This document shows, one piece after another, positions 8,504 through 17,895 of a DNA stretch of 64,000 nt. The stretch is from Candidatus Woesebacteria bacterium GW2011_GWB1_39_12 (GTDB lineage Bacteria; Patescibacteriota; Microgenomatia; UBA8517). Positions within the stretch are counted from its first letter, which is position 1. The number at the start of each line of letters is the position of its first letter. Location of the stretch: assembly GCA_000993405.1 (NCBI GenBank), contig LBWB01000008.1:26325-90324 (forward strand), given 5' to 3'. The translations under genes and the position numbers were made by a program. The notes beneath the pieces were generated by a model, which searched no databases, was not told where the DNA came from, and saw only the letters and a program-made list of their open reading frames with translations.

Positions 8504-10699
8504 TTAGGCAGTGACCGTAGGAGAAACACTTTGTGCAAATTTTCTTCTCCTCTTCAATAAAAGTAAAATAGCAACGGGAATAAGCGGGATAAGATAGGCA
8601 AGGTTAATGTGAACAACCTTTTTCCCGGCTGTTGGCGTACCACCCGAATCATCACTTCCTGCCATTGCAAGTACATTTGTCCCTTCATCTGTAGTTTCAA
8701 ATGTAGTTTCAAACGCACTTGGTGTAAAAATTCCCAAAACATTATTTGCTTTCTGGCTGATAAATGTATTAGTAGAACCTGCATTTTGCTGCGAATTAGC
8801 CGAATCTCCATTATTACCTCCTGAGTTGTTTTGATTTTCCGCTTCAGCTCCACCTAAACCCAAATTCTCATTTTCATTTTCCTTTGCAAAGCCAGGTCCT
8901 ACAAAGTTACCCATCCAACTTCCAAACACATTGACAACCGTAACAAATAGTTTCCCGCTTCCTACAATGTTGTTGTTTACGAAATTAACTATGTTGGCAA
9001 TAACGTTTGCATCACCTGTTGTAATCGACGAATTACCTCCGACATTATCGCTTGCAGAATTACCTCCTGTGTTAGCAAGAAGGTTGACATTGTTTACAAT
9101 CTTTGCTTCATTCGATTGAACTATTGTATTGGTGTTTGTTTGATTTATATTCCCAGTATTTGTTGATCCGCTTCCGTTTCCGGAATTCGTCACAAATATT
9201 TCACCATTCTCGTCATATGCAATCTCAAATTCAGACGAGCCTGCAATATTAGAGCCATCAAATCCTAAAATCTTTCCGATCCAGCGTCCGGCCTCGTTGA
9301 CTATAACCAACCAATAGTTACCGCCGACCAAATTGTTATTCGCTATATTGACAACTTGAGCCAAAACATCGGTGTCGCCCGTCGTAATATTATTATCGCC
9401 ACCCGTATTCGCACTTACTGAATTGTCTCCGGTTGTTGCTGTAATAATAAGATTATTTTCTATATCAGCGTTGTTAAACTGATTGATGTCCGTCTCACTA
9501 TTTTGAGTAAGAGATGCTGTATTAGTCGAGTCTGTTGCGTTACCTGTATTCGACAGACTTGCATCGTTTCCACAACAGGAAGTTAGTGACCCTTCAGGTA
9601 AAATTATATCTCCGATTAAATTTCCATAGATATTAACAACGGCGTATATAACTCCTCCAACTATATTGTTATTGGCGAAACTCAAAATACTTGCGGTAAC
9701 ATTGACATCGCCCGTTGTAATTGACGAGTCCCCTCCGGTATTTCGATCAGTGTTATTACTTCCAGAGTCCGAAGCCAAAAGCATTGAATTCTCGATAGTA
9801 GCATCATTTTCTTGGAAAGTATTTTCGGATCCGTTTACATTAATATTGCCTGTATTAGTCGAGTCTTCTCCATTTCCAGAATTTACAACACCCAGGTCTC
9901 CCGTTGAGCATCCAGAAATACATCCTTGGGAGAAATCTAAAATAACGTCTCCAATATGATCATCCACCACATTAAATTCAGCTACGGCTACCCCATCAAC
10001 GTTTGTATTAACCGCTGTTATAATAGTTCCCGACGTGTTTGCGTCTCCCGTTTCGATTGACGAATTCCCAACATTATTTGATGCAGAATTATCACCGGTT
10101 GTAGTCGTTCCCGTTAAGTTGTTTCCAACGTTTGTACTATTATCTTGGAAAGTGTTATTTGAATCGGATAGATTTATTGATCCAGTATTAGTTGAGTCAC
10201 TAGCATTATCACTATTTCCTACAAAAACCGATCCTGTTCCTCCAGATGGAACAAATGTTGAATAATTATTATTACCTGTCGTCGTTAAAACAGCGGTATT
10301 TGTAGCGTCCCCAGTATCGATTTCTACGTCTCCCACTTGTCCATCAGCTACTTCTCCGCTTCTTTCCGAAGTAGGCTGTTGACTTTCTCCACTACCGTCA
10401 GTGCTTCCGCTTTCTGGTTCGTCCTGCGAAATACTTTCTTCATCTTCCGGCGTGGGTGTAGGACTTGCCTCAAGCATCTCTTCCAAAGTTGGTGCATCTG
10501 GCGCGTCAGGAGCATCTGGCGCACTTGGGGCTTCAGGCACCGTTGTCGTACTTTCTGGTTCAGGCGGTGGCGTCGGTGCACTTGGCGCATCTGGTATCTC
10601 AAATGCCAATACATAAACGGCTGGATTTTGTACTAATAAGAAAAGCCCTATGATTATGGCTATAAACGACCTTTTAATAAAATTTTGTTTTTTAAACAT
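8504..10699 (-). CDS. Secreted repeat protein B (P/A/D-rich N-arm, 4+ repeats, C-terminal TM anchor)
   Basis: Start ATG 10699 gives a signal peptide ending VLA; APDAP linker; same repeat family as neighbours; TM + KRRRK. Confidence 0.85.
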   Translation of the reverse strand: MFKKQNFIKRSFIAIIIGLFLLVQNPAVYVLAFEIPDAPSAPTPPPEPESTTTVPEAPSAPDAPDAPDAPTLEEMLEASPTPTPEDEESISQDEPESGSTDGSGESQQPTSERSGEVADGQVGDVEIDTGDATNTAVLTTTGNNNYSTFVPSGGTGSVFVGNSDNASDSTNTGSINLSDSNNTFQDNSTNVGNNLTGTTTTGDNSASNNVGNSSIETGDANTSGTIITAVNTNVDGVAVAEFNVVDDHIGDVILDFSQGCISGCSTGDLGVVNSGNGEDSTNTGNINVNGSENTFQENDATIENSMLLASDSGSNNTDRNTGGDSSITTGDVNVTASILSFANNNIVGGVIYAVVNIYGNLIGDIILPEGSLTSCCGNDASLSNTGNATDSTNTASLTQNSETDINQFNNADIENNLIITATTGDNSVSANTGGDNNITTGDTDVLAQVVNIANNNLVGGNYWLVIVNEAGRWIGKILGFDGSNIAGSSEFEIAYDENGEIFVTNSGNGSGSTNTGNINQTNTNTIVQSNEAKIVNNVNLLANTGGNSASDNVGGNSSITTGDANVIANIVNFVNNNIVGSGKLFVTVVNVFGSWMGNFVGPGFAKENENENLGLGGAEAENQNNSGGNNGDSANSQQNAGSTNTFISQKANNVLGIFTPSAFETTFETTDEGTNVLAMAGSDDSGGTPTAGKKVVHINLAYLIPLIPVAILLLLKRRRKFAQSVSPTVTA

Positions 10700-10848
10700 T
10701 TGTATATTTTTTATTAACCTTATTAAAGACTTAAGCCAAGGATAGTAAAACTTAAGCTCAAATATCGGTTTATTTATATCCCTAACTTCAATAAATTCAT
10801 TTACAATTTTTAAGGCAGGCATATTATTTAAATACTTATTTCATTAGT

Positions 10849-10907
10849 CCTCAGGTTTACAGGGTACCCCCGCTGAAGTGCTAGCAGAGGCTACCCTGCT
10901 CCTAAAG
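10849..10907 (-). terminator. Long GC-rich intercistronic stem-loop (terminator or mRNA stabiliser)
   Basis: Minus strand CAGGGTA-G-CCTCTGCT / AGCGGGGG-TACCCTG, closed by CTTTAGG/CCTGAGG, directly after the repeat protein A stop. Confidence 0.6.
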
Positions 10908-10913
10908 ATTGGT

Positions 10914-12191
10914 TTATTCGCTCGATCCCATTAACCAAGCCCAGAAAAAGGCCCAATTAAATCCGAAATCAACTCCCCAGTCTCCTGGAAGTTCGAGATC
11001 AGGACCGTCGCCCAATACGTTCACATTGCCGGAGTTATCAATATCAGCTCCTGCGTGAGCATCACCAGTTTCGATTGTCGGATCAGCTCCGTCAACTCCA
11101 CCAGTATTATCTTCGGCATCGTTGTCACCAGTGTCAGCATCAGCGTCAACCTTGTTATCAAGTTCACAATCTCCCTTATGTTCATCACCTAAACCTTCAG
11201 GACCACCTTCTTCAGCACAATTGCCTTGGAAAGCTAGTTGTCCTTGACCAAGTTTAAGAGTGATTTTGTTGGTTGAATCAGACGCGTTTCCGGCTATCTT
11301 TGCCAAAAGGTCCTCCAACAAACATCCACAGTCGAGGTCAGCCCAGTTAAAGTTGACCATGTTGTCAACTTCAACATCAACGTCGGCGTCACCCGTATCG
11401 ATTTCAACGTCGCCTCCGGTATTATCTTTGGCATCGTTGTCACCGGTATCGGCGTCAGCCCAAACACCGTTGAATATATCAGCAACATTTTCTTGAGCTA
11501 ACAAAACTTGGCTTGCGAGATCAATTTTTATTTCATTGTCGCTCTTTGTTCCATTACCAAGAATTCTTGCTGAAAGGCTTCCCAAACCGCCTCCATCTCC
11601 AACTTGCGCGGAATTGGCATTTGCGGTTGTGAATACTTCAACATCAACTTCGGCGTCACCGGTAGTTATTTTTACACTTCCGCCGGTATTATCTTCGGCA
11701 TCGTTGTCACCAGTGTCAGCATCAGCGTCAACCTTGTTTGTCACGTCAGCGTAGTTACTTTGGAAAACCTCGGTTCCGCTCTTTAGACCCAAGTTAACGT
11801 CATTATCTGTATCAGAAGCATTTCCTGAAATCAAAACGTCAATTGGACCTGACGGACAACAGCCAACTTCTGCAGAGTTACTGTTTAAAGTATTTCCAAC
11901 AGCAACATCTACATCTGCATCGCCTGTGTCGATCTCAACATCACCTCCGGTATTATCATTTGCATCGTTACCACCTGTGTCTGCATCGACATCTACATCA
12001 TTGTAAACATCGGCTACATTTTCTTGCACAACTGTAGTGGTAGTGGTAATCGTACTCGTTATCTCGTTATCCGAATTCGTTCCATTACCAGAAATCTCGT
12101 AAGTTTGTTGTGCAAATACAGGGAGTACAGTATTCAAAAGTAGTGCACCGGAAGCAAAAACTACTGCAATTTTCTTTTTTAGATCTGTCAT
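10914..12191 (-). CDS. Secreted acidic repeat protein A (4 x 88-89-aa repeats), putative major subunit
   Basis: Strong SD AGGGGGTG before ATG 12191; signal peptide ending VFA; four repeats with DADTGDNDA.DNTGG....TGDA; aromatic amphipathic C-terminus. Confidence 0.88.
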   Translation of the reverse strand: MTDLKKKIAVVFASGALLLNTVLPVFAQQTYEISGNGTNSDNEITSTITTTTTVVQENVADVYNDVDVDADTGGNDANDNTGGDVEIDTGDADVDVAVGNTLNSNSAEVGCCPSGPIDVLISGNASDTDNDVNLGLKSGTEVFQSNYADVTNKVDADADTGDNDAEDNTGGSVKITTGDAEVDVEVFTTANANSAQVGDGGGLGSLSARILGNGTKSDNEIKIDLASQVLLAQENVADIFNGVWADADTGDNDAKDNTGGDVEIDTGDADVDVEVDNMVNFNWADLDCGCLLEDLLAKIAGNASDSTNKITLKLGQGQLAFQGNCAEEGGPEGLGDEHKGDCELDNKVDADADTGDNDAEDNTGGVDGADPTIETGDAHAGADIDNSGNVNVLGDGPDLELPGDWGVDFGFNWAFFWAWLMGSSE

Positions 12192-12392
12192 AATTTTCTT
12201 TTCACCCCCTTTCTTTTTGGTCACCCCAGTTAGATAGCTTACGCATCTAACGGGGCTAGGCACTTCACCCTAAACACCCCGCTTTCAAACGAAAACGGGC
12301 AGTTCTATTTGAAAATCTAATTCGATTATAGATATAGGTTAATATCTATGAATCAGATATCTATATATAACAAGCTCATTTTGTTTTGTCAA
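12192..12392 (-). promoter_or_regulatory. Promoter region and multi-hairpin 5' leader of the repeat-protein operon
   Basis: TTGACA at 12392-12387 and TATAAT at 12330-12325; hairpins ATAGATAT/ATATCTAT, CCCGTTTTC/GAAAGCGGG, and CCCCGTTAGAT..GC-GTAA-GC..ATCTAACTGGGG. Confidence 0.55.
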
Positions 12393-12499
12393 TAGGCTTC
12401 CTCTTATAAAGAAGTTCTCATTTATATTGTTATATAGGTATTCTATTATAGATTGTAAGTGTGGAAAGGTTTATGTCCTTTTTTATCAAGTTATTAGGA

Positions 12500-12676
12500 T
12501 TATAATTTTTGGCCGAATTTACTGTTAGTTTTTTTTATATTCCTAACGGTTATTTGTGTCACAATGCCGTTTTGAATATATACTTCAACACTTCCGTAGG
12601 ACTTAACGCTTTCTAATGCAGAAGTAATCTCTTTTATGAGGGAAGTGGAAATTTTTTTTGTCGACAAGTCAGGCAT
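12500..12676 (-). CDS. DUF2292/YezD-like small protein (58 aa)
   Basis: Below track cut-off. Hand translation MPDLSTKKISTSLIKEITSALESVKSYGSVEVYIQNGIVTQITVRNIKK... with the YGSVE..IQNG.V.QI pattern. Confidence 0.75.
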   Translation of the reverse strand: MPDLSTKKISTSLIKEITSALESVKSYGSVEVYIQNGIVTQITVRNIKKTNSKFGQKL

Positions 12677-12681
12677 TTTTT

Positions 12682-13446
12682 TTAAAATTGAAGAGCAATC
12701 TCTTCTTTATCGCCATTTATTTCTCCTACCCGAATTACCAAGTCGTGATCAGTATCGTTTATTGGAAATCCAATCCTTGTGTATTTGGTTGATATGGCTT
12801 GAACCTCGACAGGGTCGTTGTGAATATCCGGCGCCAACCATTCATCCTTATTGCCGTTAACGGACAGCCTAACATAGTCTCTTGATTTAATTTCTATAGA
12901 CTGGTTAAACTCGTTGGCAATTTTTAAATTAAGTATAAGAAACGTTCTTCCTTTGATAGCCTTGGCTCTTTGTCCTTTTACTACTATTTCATCACGCAGT
13001 TCCGCCTTTTCTATTAAATATTTGAGTTTAGCAACTTCTTCTCCCTTGTCATTTTTTAACGGAAATACAAATTCTTTGTTAAAATCTATCGAGGACCTGG
13101 CGCTGCCCACATCAATTACTTCTCCTGAGGAGCCTTTAGACTTATAATTATCCAAAATCTTTACTAGACCCAAAAGTACAATAACTATTACAGTTACTAA
13201 AGCGATGGATTTGAAATATTTCTTTGGAGTAAACCTCTGACCGACATTCTCCAAATGTTGGTCTCCAACAATATTTTCTCTATTTTTTAAAAGCCTTATT
13301 TTATCAACAAAAAGCAAAGTACTTCCCTTTAATAGATTAAATAGTTTAGATGGAAAAGTATAAATTTTCTGAAAGTAAGTGATAACGCCAGTTAGTTCTG
13401 AACGCTCTACCATCGGAATTGATACTGATATGTTTTTAAATATCAT
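12682..13446 (-). CDS. Membrane-anchored Ig-like (DUF4352-like) protein
   Basis: Single TM followed by a beta-rich domain (GRTFLILNLKIAN); true start may be downstream. Confidence 0.6.
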   Translation of the reverse strand: MIFKNISVSIPMVERSELTGVITYFQKIYTFPSKLFNLLKGSTLLFVDKIRLLKNRENIVGDQHLENVGQRFTPKKYFKSIALVTVIVIVLLGLVKILDNYKSKGSSGEVIDVGSARSSIDFNKEFVFPLKNDKGEEVAKLKYLIEKAELRDEIVVKGQRAKAIKGRTFLILNLKIANEFNQSIEIKSRDYVRLSVNGNKDEWLAPDIHNDPVEVQAISTKYTRIGFPINDTDHDLVIRVGEINGDKEEIALQF

Positions 13447-13544
13447 TTTATTTTCAGTTTATCCTAAGAAAGTAAAATCAAGAGGCAGTTCGTCGGTGAA
13501 AGTATGGTATCGAAGTATATCAAACTTGTCAAGGTGAAGTTCCA

Positions 13545-14036
13545 CTACTCGATTTCCTTTACTTCGACTGTTATGTGAACTATTGATTCACTAGGCTCTT
13601 TGCTAATCTCCACATTTACTTCCTCGCCTTCTCGTGCACCTGTCAACTTATTAAGAATATTACTATTGGCGCTTGTCTTCACAAAGGTTTTGACATTCAT
13701 CCCTTCGTTTATTATTTTATTTTTGTACCAATCGGTTACTGTATTAGACGAGTCCTGACTTTGTAAAGTTAATGTCTTTTCTGAATCACCAACAACTACC
13801 GAATTCGGATATTTATAACTTTCGAGTGGGGAGGTTCGAGGAGTAGGAACTAAGGTTGGAACTAGAGTGGGAGTTGTAATATTGGCTTCGACAGAAACTT
13901 TGCCTGAGGGATTTTTATTACTATCATCGGACAAAACTTTTCCTTGCTGGTTTCCTAGTTCAATTTTAGTCTTTTGACCAACAAATATCCCAACTGCCAA
14001 TATACAAACTGCCGCAATTAATAATAGTGTCTGCAT
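13545..14036 (-). CDS. Hypothetical membrane-anchored protein
   Basis: N-terminal TM, P/T-rich linker, small C-terminal domain. Confidence 0.7.
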   Translation of the reverse strand: MQTLLLIAAVCILAVGIFVGQKTKIELGNQQGKVLSDDSNKNPSGKVSVEANITTPTLVPTLVPTPRTSPLESYKYPNSVVVGDSEKTLTLQSQDSSNTVTDWYKNKIINEGMNVKTFVKTSANSNILNKLTGAREGEEVNVEISKEPSESIVHITVEVKEIE

Positions 14037-14084
14037 ACTTTAAACACCTACATTGTATACCGCCCGTGCAAATTTACCCGAAAT

Positions 14085-15467
14085 TCACTGACAAAGATAA
14101 TGACTTGGAGCATATCTACACCACCAAGGCTTGGACTGACCACTCGGGGTGGGTGTAGGGGTTGGAGTTAAGGTAACGCTAGGAATCAACGTAGGAGTAG
14201 GAGTTAAAATGGGAGTGGGAGTCAAGGTTGGCGTAGGTGATGGACTCGGTATGGTGGTAGGTGTGAGAGTGGGAATTGAAGTAGGGACAGGCTGAATACT
14301 ACAATCGAGGGCACGACACACATTCACCCTTCCAAAATTCCAGTATAAACCGCTTCCTGATATTATCTCGCTTGAGTCCTCAATTTTTTGCCGTACTTCA
14401 ACATTTGTCCAAGAAGGATTTTTCGCGATCACAAGCCCTGCCAGCCCGGAAACAAATGGGGTTGCCATAGAAGTCCCCGAAAGATATTCATAACCATTTT
14501 CGTATGTCGAAAGGATAGAAACTCCGGGAGCTGCGACATCTACCCAGGTCCCGTAGTTAGAGAAGGTTGCCTTTTTATCCTCGCTAGTTGTAGCACCAAC
14601 TGCTAAAACAGGTTCATAGTACGCTGGGTACATCGGAAAACTACTTCCAGAATTCCCTGCAGCCGCAGCTATTATGACTCCTTTGTCCCAAGCATAGTTA
14701 ATCGCATTTTCCAATGTGTATGAGGTAAATCTTCCACCCAAGGAAAGATTAATTACTTCCGCGCCGTTATCGGTAGCCCAAACAATGCCGTTGGCAATCC
14801 AGGAGTAGTAACCGCTTCCTGTATCGTCCAGAACTTTTACAGACATCAGTCTTGGCAACCAGGCAAGTCCCGCAACCCCTTGATTATTATTTGTAGCCGC
14901 GCCGATTATTCCTGCCACATGAGTCCCGTGACCGTCGGGATCCGTGGTTGTAAAAAAAGGACAAGAAGAATTTATGCAATTTACCGAAACAGAAATTTTA
15001 CTCGCCAAATCCGGATGAGAGTTATTTATACCTGTATCAATGACTGCTATGTCGACATCCTCCGATCCATTTGTAACTTCCCAACCGTTTACTGCCTCAA
15101 TTTTAGCTAGACCCCACTGGTTTGGAAAAAGAGGGTCATTGGGTAAAACTTGCTTTTCGGCAACATAGTCTTCTTCAACATACTCCACAAAAAAGTTTTT
15201 CTTTAACTTCTCAGTCGATTCAAAAACCCTATCTTTAGGCACGTCAACAACGTAGGTCGAAGAAAGTTTGAGTTCTTCCTTCAATGAAAGTCCCTGGTCT
15301 TTAACAACCTTGTCTTTTAAGAAGCGAGGAGCAAAATTTCTGAATCTAACAATATACCTTTTAGTATCTTGGGAAGAAGCCTTGACAGAAGCTACCCATG
15401 TCACTTTCTGAAATTCAAACAATGAAAGAAGAAACATTAGGATTATAAAAACAAGGCCTTTTTTCAT
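14085..15467 (-). CDS. S8 subtilisin/thermitase-like serine protease
   Basis: IAVIDTG, HGTHVAG, AAAGN, SGTSMATP; signal peptide, prodomain, PT-rich tail. Confidence 0.95.
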   Translation of the reverse strand: MKKGLVFIILMFLLSLFEFQKVTWVASVKASSQDTKRYIVRFRNFAPRFLKDKVVKDQGLSLKEELKLSSTYVVDVPKDRVFESTEKLKKNFFVEYVEEDYVAEKQVLPNDPLFPNQWGLAKIEAVNGWEVTNGSEDVDIAVIDTGINNSHPDLASKISVSVNCINSSCPFFTTTDPDGHGTHVAGIIGAATNNNQGVAGLAWLPRLMSVKVLDDTGSGYYSWIANGIVWATDNGAEVINLSLGGRFTSYTLENAINYAWDKGVIIAAAAGNSGSSFPMYPAYYEPVLAVGATTSEDKKATFSNYGTWVDVAAPGVSILSTYENGYEYLSGTSMATPFVSGLAGLVIAKNPSWTNVEVRQKIEDSSEIISGSGLYWNFGRVNVCRALDCSIQPVPTSIPTLTPTTIPSPSPTPTLTPTPILTPTPTLIPSVTLTPTPTPTPSGQSKPWWCRYAPSHYLCQ

Positions 15468-15530
15468 AATCCCAAAAATATATAAAAACTAGTCTTTTGT
15501 CAAATACTCCAATTGGAAAGAGAAAATTTT

Positions 15531-16535
15531 TTATTTATCCCACCCATTCGGATGTAATTTATACCACTTAACAAGACTCTTTACTGAATCCTTAATTGTC
15601 CTTTTCGGTTCCCACCCCAAAATCTTCTTCGCTTTTTTAATATCTGCAACCAACTTGGTTGGTTCACCCTTTCGGGGCTCAGTCCTCTTCAAATCAAATT
15701 TAAAACTTGTTGCCTCTTGTACTTTATCCACTACCTCCAACACCGAATTTCCACTACCCGTACCCAGATTAATTATCTCACTCTTTCCTCCTCTGAAAAG
15801 ATATTCCAAAGCTAAAACATGTGCTTCGTTCAAATCAACTACATTTATATAGTCTCTGATCGGCGTTTTGTCAGGTGTTTCAACTTCAGGACAAGTCAAA
15901 TAAAACGACTCAATGCTAAGTGCTCCTCTTACCGCGTTTTGAACAAGAAGTACGGACGGTTTTTTAGAATCTCCTATTTCTCCGTCATCGCTTGCGCCAC
16001 AGACATTAAAGTATCTTAAAATCACATATTTTAAATCCGAGAGTTTTCCATACCACTGAAGCATCCTTTCTATCAATAGCTTTGATTCGCCATACGGATT
16101 CGATGGATTTGTAGGGTGTTTTTCATCTATGGGCACATATTTTGCTTCTCCGTAGACTGCGCAGGTTGAAGAAAATACAATTTTCTTGATATCATACTTT
16201 AATATGGTCGAAAGTAAGTTTTGCGACCCGCATACATTATTAGAAAAATACTTTTGGGGATTTTCCATTGATTCATTTACCAAACAGTGAGCCGCATAAT
16301 GTAAAACCGCATCGATGCCTTTTTCTTTTTTGAAGATCGGGTCTAAAGGTTTTTTTAAATCAGCATCATAATATCTAAACTTAGACTTAAACTTATTCTT
16401 AAACTTTTTCAAAGGTTCTTCATAGCCCGTTGAGAAATTATCGATAACAACTACCTCGTATCCCTTTTGGAGCAAAAGGTAGGTTGCCACCGACCCAATG
16501 TAGCCTCCGCCCCCTGTTACTAATATTTTTTTCAT
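15531..16535 (-). CDS. galE: UDP-glucose 4-epimerase
   Basis: ILVTGGGGYIGS, FSSTCAVYG, YGESK, LRYFNVCG, IRDYINV. Confidence 0.93.
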   Translation of the reverse strand: MKKILVTGGGGYIGSVATYLLLQKGYEVVVIDNFSTGYEEPLKKFKNKFKSKFRYYDADLKKPLDPIFKKEKGIDAVLHYAAHCLVNESMENPQKYFSNNVCGSQNLLSTILKYDIKKIVFSSTCAVYGEAKYVPIDEKHPTNPSNPYGESKLLIERMLQWYGKLSDLKYVILRYFNVCGASDDGEIGDSKKPSVLLVQNAVRGALSIESFYLTCPEVETPDKTPIRDYINVVDLNEAHVLALEYLFRGGKSEIINLGTGSGNSVLEVVDKVQEATSFKFDLKRTEPRKGEPTKLVADIKKAKKILGWEPKRTIKDSVKSLVKWYKLHPNGWDK

Positions 16536-16536
16536 A

Positions 16537-16959
16537 TTATATAATTTCAAGTTTTTTTGCCCAAAGCTTAACTTTTTCAGACATCTTAGGCAATAATTTC
16601 CAAATAAAATAAATTGCTAAAGTGGCACCAATCGTATCAAAAATCATGTCTCTAAAAGTCGGATCACGTCCTGGAGTAAAGGATTGGTGAAATTCGTCTG
16701 TAATACCATAGAATGACGCCAAAAATACTGAAATATAACCTGTTTTTTTGGTCTCAACTTTTTGTGACTTCAGAGCCCGATAGATAAGAGTGGAAAGGAT
16801 AGCGTAGATAATAACATGAGCCGACTTCTTGACAATAAAATCCCGCCAATGAATTTCGGAAGCCCTTACCGTCGGATTATTAGAAAAAGCAAAAATGACG
16901 ATAAGCCATATAAAAACAGGTAGCCAATATTTAAGAAACCGGAAAGTTTTATGTTTCAA
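16537..16959 (-). CDS. VanZ-like family membrane protein
   Basis: KKSAHVIIYAIL, YGITDEFHQSFTPGR...D...D. Confidence 0.88.
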   Translation of the reverse strand: MKHKTFRFLKYWLPVFIWLIVIFAFSNNPTVRASEIHWRDFIVKKSAHVIIYAILSTLIYRALKSQKVETKKTGYISVFLASFYGITDEFHQSFTPGRDPTFRDMIFDTIGATLAIYFIWKLLPKMSEKVKLWAKKLEII

Positions 16960-16972
16960 TTTATTAACCTTA

Positions 16973-17872
16973 CTAAGAATTATATTCTTTTTTCCTTTGT
17001 CTTAGAAAATAGTAAAAAGAACTACCGATTAATCCAACACCCAAAAGAATAGGAATTAAAGCGAAAAATGGAAATTTTTTCTCCACTTCTTCATCGGCAG
17101 CTTTTGACTCTTTTTTGCCAACATCTTTTATGCCAAGAACTTCGTTGATACCGTTACTCCCCACCTTAAGCGTTTGCCCTTCACCAGTTTCCTGACTATC
17201 TTCCTCACTTATTGTGGGAGCAACCGTCGATGTAGCTTTAGGTTTAGATGTGGGCACACTTGTACTCGTAGGTTTAGACGTTGGCGTATTTGTAGGCTTT
17301 GTGGTTGGAGTAGGAGAATCGGTTGGCTCAGGCGTAGGCGTCGGACAAGGATCTAATTCAGACGTATTATTTGATGATCCTTTTGATAATGCCGTCTTAA
17401 ATCTTTCAATTGTTGAATTCGCATCAGGATATCTTCCTATCGAACCCAATTCTGATGGTGTACACACCCCACCTTTATCTCCGTAAGAAATTCTATCAAC
17501 TTCACTTCGATCAGGTTTCAAGAGAATTAATATGTCTCCACCATTATTAAGTCTATTAGAAACTTCCACAACATAAAACTGATTACTTGAAGGTCCAATT
17601 ATGATATCTGAAGGAATTTCCTTCATATCGGTTGCGGTTCCATCGTCGTCTAAAATCCATCCTGAAATATCAGTATTTTCATAAGCGAACAACTCTATCC
17701 AATCGTCAGAAGTAGAAGAACTAAACTCATTAATCACTACCTGTGCGGAAATGGTTGTTTGAAAAATAGTAAGAAGAAAGATAGCTAAAGGTATTGACCA
17801 ATACACCTTGAGTGTATTCCCAATGTATTTGTATCTATTTGCCGAGTCTGACTCGATTTGCATTATTCGCAT
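16973..17872 (-). CDS. Lamin-tail-domain surface protein with PT linker and C-terminal TM
   Basis: VVINEF..., DWIELF, DISGWILDD, LNNGGD, SIGRYPD; TM + RQRKK; true start uncertain. Confidence 0.8.
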   Translation of the reverse strand: MRIMQIESDSANRYKYIGNTLKVYWSIPLAIFLLTIFQTTISAQVVINEFSSSTSDDWIELFAYENTDISGWILDDDGTATDMKEIPSDIIIGPSSNQFYVVEVSNRLNNGGDILILLKPDRSEVDRISYGDKGGVCTPSELGSIGRYPDANSTIERFKTALSKGSSNNTSELDPCPTPTPEPTDSPTPTTKPTNTPTSKPTSTSVPTSKPKATSTVAPTISEEDSQETGEGQTLKVGSNGINEVLGIKDVGKKESKAADEEVEKKFPFFALIPILLGVGLIGSSFYYFLRQRKKEYNS

Positions 17873-17895
17873 GCATTTGTATATTAGTATCGCAT

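Noticed and set aside
7329-12191. Ice-nucleation protein, classical pilin or autotransporter identity for the repeat proteins
   Set aside because: No AGYGSTxT octamers, no YPKN/E-box or type IV prepilin motif, and no C-terminal beta-barrel.
12192-12300. c-di-GMP or c-di-AMP riboswitch upstream of repeat protein A
   Set aside because: Hairpins are present, but the conserved cores of these classes could not be matched by eye.
12298-13491. Shared GAACTGCC in two adjacent leaders (12298-12305, 13484-13491)
   Set aside because: An 8-mer seen twice in 64 kb is compatible with chance.
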